Below are positions 56,502 to 64,000 of a stretch of 64,000 bases of DNA, one piece after another. Source of the stretch: Collinsella sp. (GTDB taxonomy: Bacteria > Actinomycetota > Coriobacteriia > Coriobacteriales > Coriobacteriaceae); assembly GCA_018370025.1 (NCBI GenBank), contig JAGZBF010000005.1:22198-86197 (forward strand), read 5' to 3'. The notes beneath the pieces are model-generated. The model had not been told where the DNA came from. It did no database searches and saw only the letters and a list, made by a program, of their open reading frames with translations. Position 1 is the first letter of the stretch, and every line of letters starts with the position of its first letter. The position numbers and the translations under genes were made by a program.

Positions 56502-57086
56502 ATGCGAACCATCATCCTCTACGCCTCGCGCCATCACGGCAATACGAAAAAGCTCGTGGACGCCATCGTCGAGGCACACCCCGAGATCGATACCCTCGAC
56601 GTCAAGGCACTCGGTAAAAACGAGTATCCCAACCTGCACGAATATCATCTGATCGGTGTCGCCACGGGCATCTATTACTCCGAGATCGACAAGGACATGG
56701 CACGAGTGCTCACGAACGTGCTGCAGCCGCAGGACAAGGTGTTTGGCCTTATGACCTACGGTGGCAAAAACAAGTGGTACGGCAAGGATATCGATGGCAT
56801 CTGCCGCATGAGGCAGGCCATCTTTATGGGTGTCTACGGCTGCCCCGGCTTTGATACGTGGGGGCCGTTCAAACTCGCCGGCGGTGTCCAAAAGGGACAC
56901 CCGACCGCTGAGGAAATTAAGGGCGCCGTCGACTTCTTCGACAAGATCGAAGACGAATATGGCGATATCATCGTCGAAGAGTACGCCAAGCGCGAGAAGC
57001 GTCTAGCATACGAGAAGGAGCATCCTGCAGGAGGCCTGGTGGCCGGCGTCAAGCGCACGGCAAAGAAAATCGCTAACAAGCTGTAA
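56502..57086 (+). CDS. Flavodoxin-like protein
   Basis: ILYASRHHGNTKKL, GVATGIYY and CPGFDTWGPFKL.GG..KGHP. Confidence 0.78.
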   Translation: MRTIILYASRHHGNTKKLVDAIVEAHPEIDTLDVKALGKNEYPNLHEYHLIGVATGIYYSEIDKDMARVLTNVLQPQDKVFGLMTYGGKNKWYGKDIDGICRMRQAIFMGVYGCPGFDTWGPFKLAGGVQKGHPTAEEIKGAVDFFDKIEDEYGDIIVEEYAKREKRLAYEKEHPAGGLVAGVKRTAKKIANKL

Positions 57087-57161
57087 CTGTGAAGGTGCTT
57101 TTGAGCGTTCAACCCATACGGCGGGTCCGAGCAGATTCGGGCCCGCCGTCTTTTTCTATCG

Positions 57162-58331
57162 TTACTCGGTAAAGGCGTTGCCGACGCTCTGGCCGCCAAC
57201 ATACGTCTCGACGAGGGTAAGCTCATGGTCGAACACGACAAAGTCGGCGTCGCGACCCGGCATGATGCTGCCGCACTTATCCTCGATGTGCGCGGAGCGT
57301 GCCGGCACCTCGGTTGCCATACGAATGGCGATATCGGCGCTGGCGATGCCCCAGTCAACGATGTTCTTGACGCCCTGGGCAAGCGTGAGCACCGAGCCGG
57401 CAATGCTCTTGCCGTCGGCGAGCCAGCACAGGTTGTCCTTCATGATGACGTCCATGCCACCACTGGTGTAGCTGCCCTCGGGCATGCCGCCGCAGCCCAG
57501 GCAGTCAGTGATGAGCACCGTGTGTTGCCAGCCCTTTGCCTGCAGCAGCGCCTTGATGGCGGCAGGGTTAACGTGCTTGCCGTCACAGATGATCTCGGCG
57601 TAGGTCTCGGGCGTGGACATGGCAGCGCCCACGACACCGGGCTCACGGTGATGCAGCCCGCGCTGACCGTTATAGGTATGCGTAAAGCAGCTGGCACCGG
57701 CGTTGATGGCGGCGATGCACTCATCGTAGGTGGCGTCGGAGTGACCGATGCTGGTCACCACACCCTTGGCGTTCAGAGCAGCCGCATAAGCAGCGGCACC
57801 GTCGCGCTCGGCCGCCATGGCGCTCTTAACGATGCGACCGCCCGCAGCCTCCTGCCACTGATCGAAGACCTCCTCGGAGGGATCGATAAGATAAGCGGGG
57901 TTCTGCGCGCCCACGTGCTTCATGGTAAAGAAGGGGCCCTCCAGATAGATGCCCTGAATGCGAGCACCGCAGAAGTCGGGGCCGCGACCCTCGTCCGCCT
58001 GGGCGATGGCGGCGCAGGCATCCTTGATCTGCTCGACGCCATCGGTGAACGTCGTGGGCAGCCAGCTGGTGGTACCGCGACGGGCGAGCTCGGTCGAGCT
58101 GATATCAATGCCCTCGGGATCGTTATCGGTAGTCGAGTGGTTATAGAAGCCATGGATGTGAGTATCGACCATACCCGGTGCGATCCACGATCCCGTGTAG
58201 TCCTTGATCTCGCAAGAGGGCTCGTCGGCCTGCCAGGCGCCAAAAACGCCATCCTCGACCATAAGATAGCCGCCCAGTTGCGGGCCTGCCGGCAAGAAGA
58301 ACTTGTCAGCCTTAATTGCGTACGTGCTCAT
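57162..58331 (-). CDS. nagA: N-acetylglucosamine/N-acetylgalactosamine-6-phosphate deacetylase
   Basis: PGMVDTHIHG, YLEGPF, GHS, THTYN, DGKH, ITD and IAGS. Confidence 0.92.
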   Translation of the reverse strand: MSTYAIKADKFFLPAGPQLGGYLMVEDGVFGAWQADEPSCEIKDYTGSWIAPGMVDTHIHGFYNHSTTDNDPEGIDISSTELARRGTTSWLPTTFTDGVEQIKDACAAIAQADEGRGPDFCGARIQGIYLEGPFFTMKHVGAQNPAYLIDPSEEVFDQWQEAAGGRIVKSAMAAERDGAAAYAAALNAKGVVTSIGHSDATYDECIAAINAGASCFTHTYNGQRGLHHREPGVVGAAMSTPETYAEIICDGKHVNPAAIKALLQAKGWQHTVLITDCLGCGGMPEGSYTSGGMDVIMKDNLCWLADGKSIAGSVLTLAQGVKNIVDWGIASADIAIRMATEVPARSAHIEDKCGSIMPGRDADFVVFDHELTLVETYVGGQSVGNAFTE

Positions 58332-58449
58332 ATGCACTCCTTGCTTCTAAAGCAGTTGACTGTGGTAATGCTTATACCCGGTCCATGTAAAAACAAAAAG
58401 CGCCCGCCCGCCGTTATGAGCGGACGGGCGCCCTTACAGGGGGACGCGA

Positions 58450-59616
58450 TTAAGCGGTGAAGGGGTGAATCGTCACGCCCTTAACCACGCGGTTGACCGT
58501 GCCGGTGGGGCTCGGCGTATCGGGCGTGTTGCCCACGCGCACGGAGTTGAGCAGGCTGATAGCCTGGGCAAACATCACGAACGGCAGGGCAAGGTAGCCC
58601 TCGGGAAGTGCCTCGTAGCCCTTAAAGGTGAAGGACTCACCCTCGTAGACGGTGGCACCTTCCTGCTGAACGGCGATGGTGTGCTGAGCGATCTCGTCGC
58701 CACCGATCTCGTTGAGGATGTCGATGTCGTACTGACGGGTGTAGGCGTCGTTATTGACGAACACGAAGACGAGCGTCTTATCGTCGACGAAGGACTTAGG
58801 TCCATGACGATAGCCCATGGAGGTGTCGTAGGAAGTAGCGACCAGACCGTGAGCGAGCTCGAGGATCTTGAGCTGGCTCTCCTGGGCAAGGCCACCGAAG
58901 GAGCCAGAACCCAAGTAGGTCACGCGGTTGAAGTCGCCAGCCAGGTAATCGGCGATCTCGGGCTCACGGGAGATGACCTCCTCGCCCATCTTGGCAATCG
59001 TCTCGACCCACTCGGCCTTCTGCTCATCAGAGGCAGTGTCGAAAATAAGGGTAGAGAGCAGGGTCATGCAGGAATAAGAACCGGTCATGGCGAAGCCCTT
59101 GTCGTTGGCGCGCGGAATGAGCAGCGTCAGCGCGTTGGGATCATCGGCAGACTCGACGGCGAGCTTGCCCTCGGGAGCGCAGGTGATGTTGAGGAACTTG
59201 ACGTTGTGGACGAGCTCCTTGGCAACGGCAACGGCAGCAAGGCTCTCGGGGCTGTTGCCAGAGCGGGCAAAGGAAACCACGAGCGTGGGATCCTCGGCGC
59301 GCAGGAAGTCGCGCGGGGCGCTCACGATGTCGGTCGTGGCGATGGGCTTAAAGTCGTAGAGATCAGTGTTGCCAGCGTGACGCAGGTACGGGGCGCAGGT
59401 ATCGCCAACATAGTCGGACGTACCGGCACCGGTGAAGACAACGGACAGACGGCCCTCGCCCATAGCGCGAGCCTCGGCCAGGAAGGCCTCGATGGCCTCC
59501 TTGTTCTCGCGATAGATGTTGAGCGTATCACGCCAAAGCTCGGGCTGCTGAGCAATCTCGGCCGTGGTGATCTGGGCGCCGAGCTCGGTGAGCTCCTCGA
59601 CACTCTTCTCGAACAT
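58450..59616 (-). CDS. agaS: SIS-domain galactosamine-6-phosphate isomerase/deaminase
   Basis: TGAGTS, SFARSGNSPES, FAMTGS, RHGPKS and PSPTGTVNRVVKGV. Confidence 0.88.
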   Translation of the reverse strand: MFEKSVEELTELGAQITTAEIAQQPELWRDTLNIYRENKEAIEAFLAEARAMGEGRLSVVFTGAGTSDYVGDTCAPYLRHAGNTDLYDFKPIATTDIVSAPRDFLRAEDPTLVVSFARSGNSPESLAAVAVAKELVHNVKFLNITCAPEGKLAVESADDPNALTLLIPRANDKGFAMTGSYSCMTLLSTLIFDTASDEQKAEWVETIAKMGEEVISREPEIADYLAGDFNRVTYLGSGSFGGLAQESQLKILELAHGLVATSYDTSMGYRHGPKSFVDDKTLVFVFVNNDAYTRQYDIDILNEIGGDEIAQHTIAVQQEGATVYEGESFTFKGYEALPEGYLALPFVMFAQAISLLNSVRVGNTPDTPSPTGTVNRVVKGVTIHPFTA

Positions 59617-59677
59617 TTTTAATACCTCTCTCTAGAAGTAATCCTCTGACGTGCAATTATACACTTCGGTTGGTTAT

Positions 59678-59691
59678 CTGGTAGTAACCAG
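59678..59691. promoter_or_regulatory. Putative GntR (HutC/NagR-type) operator CTGGTAGTAACCAG
   Basis: Palindromic; the same 13-mer recurs at 63971-63983. Confidence 0.65.
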
Positions 59692-59730
59692 TTAAATGCA
59701 AAGAATCATCATATGGAAACGATGCGGACA

Positions 59731-60462
59731 CTAATCGCTACGCTGGTGGTAAACCTTGTATTTAAACTGATCGGCACGAGCAACCGAGAGTGTGTACTCC
59801 ACAACCTCGTTTGACTCGTTATACGTAGTCCTGACCAAATCGAGCACAGGCGAGCCCTCGACAATTCCCAAAAGGTGGGCGTCGGTGGGACGGGCTATGC
59901 TCGCATAGAACTCCTCTTCGGCCACGCGTATCTTTTGCTGAAAGTCTTGCTCAATCACATCGTAAAGCGGCTTACGCTCCAGCAGCGGTCGCTTTAGGGA
60001 CAAAAATTGACGAACTGGTAGATAGCTGCGTTCGACCATCATGGGCATGTTGTCGGCAGAACGAAGGCGCTTAAGCTTAAAAATACGATCACCTATACGC
60101 AATCCCATATGCTCGGCCAGATTTTTATCGGCCTCCATCTCGCAAAACTCGAGAATCGTGGTCTCGGGGTCGCGACCCATCGCGCGCATCTGCTCGGTAA
60201 AGCTGTAGGACTGCATAAGATTGGTTGCCTTTGCCGAACGGTCGGTCACAAAGGTACCGCGACCGTGCTGCCGAACCACCAGTCCTAAACGCTCCAGTTC
60301 CTGCAGAGCCAGGCGTACCGTAGTACGCGAGAGACCATAGCGCTCCGAAAGTTCGCGCTCGGAAGGAATCATGTCACCGGCGCGATATTCATGGTCGATC
60401 TTTTCGGTCAGAATATCGACCAGCTGATCGTACAGCGGTTGCTTACGCGCTCCGATCGCCAT
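59731..60462 (-). CDS. GntR (HutC/UTRA) family regulator
   Basis: PLYDQ, IPSEREL..YGLSRTTVRLAL, GRGTFV and a UTRA domain. Confidence 0.92.
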   Translation of the reverse strand: MAIGARKQPLYDQLVDILTEKIDHEYRAGDMIPSERELSERYGLSRTTVRLALQELERLGLVVRQHGRGTFVTDRSAKATNLMQSYSFTEQMRAMGRDPETTILEFCEMEADKNLAEHMGLRIGDRIFKLKRLRSADNMPMMVERSYLPVRQFLSLKRPLLERKPLYDVIEQDFQQKIRVAEEEFYASIARPTDAHLLGIVEGSPVLDLVRTTYNESNEVVEYTLSVARADQFKYKVYHQRSD

Positions 60463-60647
60463 CCTATCCTCCCTTTTGCTCGAATTCGGCTAGCTACCTA
60501 GGGTGCTTAGCATTATCTGTCTGCCACACCCGAATCATCAAGAAAACAAAAGCCGCGCGCTCTTTCGAGCACGCGGCTTTTAACATACACATGGCTTAAG
60601 GGGTCGGGGTGTGAGCCGCGTAGGGACACACCCCTCAAGCTAGAGCC

Positions 60648-61730
60648 TTACCAGATGCTCGGCCAGAGACCAAGCGGGCCAGCGCCCAGGATGCCAAGGA
60701 CGAAGAGCAGGAGAATGCCCTTGGTCGGGGTCCAGCTGTGCTTAGCGAACATGTAGTAAAGCAGCAGCGTAAGCATAAGCGGGACGAGCTTCGGGACGAT
60801 GGTGTTGAGGGTGTCGGCAACAGAGAAGTTGACCGGATCCTCGGTAACGGTGCCGTAGGTCACGGACTCCATGCCGTTGCCCAGATCGGTGACGCCGCAC
60901 TCGACAGGGTTGCCGTCGGCATCGGTGGCGGTGAGGGCGTCGCCGTCCTCATTAGTCATGGCGATGGTACCGGCCTCAGCGGTCTCGGTATCGATGCCCT
61001 CCATACCGGTGAAGTTCTCGGCCTCCTTCTCGGAGACGATCACGGTAGTGGCGGAGAGGCCACGGGTGGTGCCGTTGGGGATCTCGAGGTTGATCTGGGT
61101 GCCACCCATGGTGACGACCAGGCAACCGACGACGAAGACGCCCATGATGGAAGCGGCACGCGTAAAGGCCTGCATGTTGGCGGTCAGAGCGTCAATAGCG
61201 CTGGTGCCAAGCTTGTAGGACCAGTTCATGAGCCAGAAGCGCAGAGCGAACTGGACGGCGTTGAAGATCACCAGGAAGATGATCGGCGCAGCGGCGTTGC
61301 CGTTGATGGCCATGTTGGAGGTGATGCCGGCCGTGATAGGCACGAGCGTCAGCCAGAACAGGGCGTCACCGATACCACCGAGCGGGCCCATTGCGGCGAC
61401 GCGGACGGCGCGGATCGTGGGGATGTCAACCTTGTTCTGCTCGAGCGAAAGCACGATGCCCATAACAAAGGTGACGAGGAACGGGTGGGTGTTGAAGAAC
61501 TCCAGGTTGTGGCTCATGGAAGCCGCGAGGTCGTTCTTGTTGGTGTGGATCTTCTCCAGACCGGGGATGATGGAGTAAAGCCAGCCAGCGGCCTGCATGC
61601 GCTCGTAGTTGAACGATGCCTGCAGGAAGCAGGAGCGCCAAGCCATCTTGTTGAGGGTCTTCTGGTCGAGCTGCGGAGCAGGAGTGAGATCCTCGTAGTG
61701 CTCCGGGATCACATACTCATTAGATGCCAT
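60648..61730 (-). CDS. Mannose-family PTS EIID (GalNAc-type) with a long acidic insertion
   Basis: QASFNYERMQ, FFNTHP and MGPLGGIGD. Confidence 0.9.
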   Translation of the reverse strand: MASNEYVIPEHYEDLTPAPQLDQKTLNKMAWRSCFLQASFNYERMQAAGWLYSIIPGLEKIHTNKNDLAASMSHNLEFFNTHPFLVTFVMGIVLSLEQNKVDIPTIRAVRVAAMGPLGGIGDALFWLTLVPITAGITSNMAINGNAAAPIIFLVIFNAVQFALRFWLMNWSYKLGTSAIDALTANMQAFTRAASIMGVFVVGCLVVTMGGTQINLEIPNGTTRGLSATTVIVSEKEAENFTGMEGIDTETAEAGTIAMTNEDGDALTATDADGNPVECGVTDLGNGMESVTYGTVTEDPVNFSVADTLNTIVPKLVPLMLTLLLYYMFAKHSWTPTKGILLLFVLGILGAGPLGLWPSIW

Positions 61731-62520
61731 CTTCGAAGTCACCTCCGTCAGAAACAGCTGCACCCTTCAGCTCGGTCTGCTGCTGGAAGTCCCAGAAAGC
61801 GATGCCGAAGCCGATGAGAGCGAGGATGAGCAGAGCAGGGGTTGCCAGCGAATCGTTGGCAACGGTGATGAGCGCGAGGCCAAAGCCCATGAGGAAGAAG
61901 CCCCACATATCGCGGTTCATCATAACCTTGAGCAGGACGGCGAAGCCGACGAAGCGCATCATGCCGCCTGCAGCGGACAGACCGGTCTGCAGCCAAGTCG
62001 GGATGGCAGAAGCGATGGTCTGACCGATGGTAGCGCCAGCGATGAAGAACAGGGTGACGACGACAGCGAAGATCAGGCCAAGCAGAGCCATGGCGAAGTA
62101 GTTCAGGCGCTCGATGCCCTTGGTGTCCGCGTTGTGAGCCATGTTATCGGCCGTGGACATAAGCGGGGACATAAGCGTGAAGACCAGGGTAACGCCAAGC
62201 TGGCCAAGCAGAGCGAACGGAATGGCGAGGCCGACTGCCGCGTTGGGCTCGAGGCCCGTGGCGATAGCGAGAATGGCTGCCATGATGCCGCCGATGACGG
62301 CGTTAGGCGGCTGAGCGCCTCCGATCGGCATGTTGCCGATCGTCATGAGCTGATAGGTACCACCCACGAGAAGACCGGTGTTGAGGTCGCCAAGGATAAG
62401 ACCGATGACGGCGCCGGTGACGATGGGCTGATAGAGAGACTCGAGGAAGTCAAACTGGTCGATTGCCGCGATGAACGTAACAACGAAGACCAGAGCGATC
62501 TGGATGATCGAGTATTCCAT
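61720..62520 (-). CDS. Mannose-family PTS EIIC
   Basis: QPIVTG..GL.LGD, PIGGAQPP and GGMM..VGFA. Confidence 0.9.
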   Translation of the reverse strand: MEYSIIQIALVFVVTFIAAIDQFDFLESLYQPIVTGAVIGLILGDLNTGLLVGGTYQLMTIGNMPIGGAQPPNAVIGGIMAAILAIATGLEPNAAVGLAIPFALLGQLGVTLVFTLMSPLMSTADNMAHNADTKGIERLNYFAMALLGLIFAVVVTLFFIAGATIGQTIASAIPTWLQTGLSAAGGMMRFVGFAVLLKVMMNRDMWGFFLMGFGLALITVANDSLATPALLILALIGFGIAFWDFQQQTELKGAAVSDGGDFEDGI

Positions 62521-62610
62521 CTTGCTCCTCCTTTCAAAATGTATGTACGCACTTTGGATATCACGTACAGAACGTCAGGGTTTCACTCCTGACAACGTGG
62601 ATCACGAGGA

Positions 62611-63093
62611 TTACGAGAAGAGCTTGCTCGTGTCCTCAACAGGCGTGCTCGGAACGCGCCTGATCTCCAACTCCACCCCCAATTCCTGCAGCTCTTTAAA
62701 CGCAGCGACATCCTCGTCGTTAACTGCGACGGAGGTGGCGACTTGGCGCTTTCCTTCCGACATGTGCATGTTGCCGATGTTTACCTTCTTTATAGGCACA
62801 CCGCCCTTGACGAGCGTAAGCACGTCTTCCGGTGTTTCGGCCACGATGAAGATCTTCTGGCGCGGGCTCGCCTTGCCAATGACGTCGATGGTCTTCTGCA
62901 GGGAGAAGAAACGCGTAGCGACGCCGGCGGGAGCGGCCATCTTCATGAGGTTCTGGCGCATGGTGTTGGACGCCACGTCGTCGTTGGCGACGAGGATGAG
63001 GTTGGAGCCCAGAGTGGAGTTCCACTGGGTGGCAACCTGACCATGAACCAGTCGGTTATCGATGCGGGTAAGAAGAATGTTGGGTTCTGCCAT
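62611..63093 (-). CDS. Mannose-family PTS EIIB (AgaV-like)
   Basis: RIDNRLVHGQV and VNIGNM. Confidence 0.92.
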   Translation of the reverse strand: MAEPNILLTRIDNRLVHGQVATQWNSTLGSNLILVANDDVASNTMRQNLMKMAAPAGVATRFFSLQKTIDVIGKASPRQKIFIVAETPEDVLTLVKGGVPIKKVNIGNMHMSEGKRQVATSVAVNDEDVAAFKELQELGVELEIRRVPSTPVEDTSKLFS

Positions 63094-63129
63094 GTTGATC
63101 AGCTTCCTTTCGATATTTGCTGACGACAG

Positions 63130-63411
63130 TTACTTGATCTCCTGAATCGCGTAACGCGAAACATCTACGACGGCTCCGGATCGGACTTTGATCTGGACCT
63201 TCTCGCCTTCGATGCCTTTGACGGTTCCGTAGATACCGCCGGCGAAAAGAACCTCCTGACCCGGCTTGAGCTCGGTGTGCAGCTCCTTGAAGTACTTCTG
63301 CTTCTTCTTCATGTTGATTTGCGACCAGATGGTGTAAATCAAGCCCATGATGACAAGCAGGCCTAAAAGGGCGACCGAGGAGCTCAGGACGTTGGCTCCG
63401 AAATCGGCCAT
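63130..63411 (-). CDS. YajC-like small membrane protein
   Basis: One TM segment, then LKPGQEVLFAGGIYGTV...VSRYAI. Confidence 0.8.
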   Translation of the reverse strand: MADFGANVLSSSVALLGLLVIMGLIYTIWSQINMKKKQKYFKELHTELKPGQEVLFAGGIYGTVKGIEGEKVQIKVRSGAVVDVSRYAIQEIK

Positions 63412-63854
63412 TAGATGCCGTCCTCGTCGCCGAAGATATCCTCTTCCTCGGAGCCGGCAACGGATGCGACCGTCTGGGCGGTGATGCCCGTCTGGCCAAC
63501 GGTCACGGCCTGCTCGCCAAGCTCGGCGAGCGTGGCATTGCCGCGGAGGAACAGGAGCTCAATAACCATGGGAAGGTTGGTGCCAGTCAGAACCTCGACG
63601 TTGTCGACATCCTGGGCAATCATCATCGACTGGTTGAACGGGGTACCACCGAGCAAGTCGGTAAAGACGAGCACGCCATCGCACTCCTCGCGCATGGCGG
63701 TAATAGCGGCGCGGAGATCCTCACCGTAGGATGCGGCCTGATCGCCCTCAAAAGGAACGACGGTAAAAGCAGGCTGGTCGCCGGCAACCATAGCGATAGC
63801 GCTTGCAAGGCCGGGTGCGAACTGTCCATGACCGGTAAGAATAAAGCCAACCAT
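63411..63854 (-). CDS. Mannose-family PTS EIIA
   Basis: LTGHG.FA.G, TDLLGGTPFN and GTNLPM. Confidence 0.92.
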   Translation of the reverse strand: MVGFILTGHGQFAPGLASAIAMVAGDQPAFTVVPFEGDQAASYGEDLRAAITAMREECDGVLVFTDLLGGTPFNQSMMIAQDVDNVEVLTGTNLPMVIELLFLRGNATLAELGEQAVTVGQTGITAQTVASVAGSEEEDIFGDEDGI

Positions 63855-63970
63855 TCAAATTTCCCTTCCGAAGGTGTGTACGATCTGAGTCCGATGATTT
63901 TCGGAAGCCAGCGGGCACTTGCCCTTAAAGCTTCTTAGAAAGCGTTCTTTGAAGACCAGTGGTTTCTAAA

Positions 63971-63984
63971 CTGGTAGTAACCAC
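63971..63984. promoter_or_regulatory. Putative GntR operator upstream of the PTS operon
   Basis: CTGGTAGTAACCAC, matching 59678-59691. Confidence 0.65.
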
Positions 63985-64000
63985 GTGACGTGTTGTTGTC

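Overview
High-GC chromosomal window, most likely from a gut Coriobacteriia member such as Collinsella (inferred from gene content and codon style, not verified). It has four parts. (1) 1-13 kb: a heterodimeric ABC exporter, DAHP synthase, agmatine deiminase with an APC antiporter, a BceAB-type ABC transporter and a NUDIX-Vsr fusion. (2) 13-41 kb: a large galactoside cluster with Leloir galK/galT, tagatose-6-P genes lacABC and lacX, a class II aldolase, one EIIA, three paralogous lactose-type EIICB + GH1 modules and four LacI repressors, each with its own operator variant. (3) 41.2-49.8 kb: an integrase-less, decayed mobile-element island bounded by a 13-bp direct repeat. It carries an ABC-three-component (Lamassu-type) defence operon and an EcoRII-like restriction-modification pair, and a type II toxin-antitoxin module sits just outside it. 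(4) 50.5-64 kb: lacR, galM, tRNA-Thr(CGT) and a GalNAc/hexosamine mannose-family PTS cluster with a second lacC-lacX copy. The most striking observation is in the Lamassu-type operon. Its LmuA-like protein has no enzymatic effector domain and instead begins with an 18-aa N/S/T/G-rich motif. The same motif ends an overlapping upstream 65-aa membrane protein (12/18 identical, with synonymous codon divergence). This is the gene geometry of amyloid-signalling receptor/effector pairs. All family assignments come from motif recognition by eye; no searches were run.
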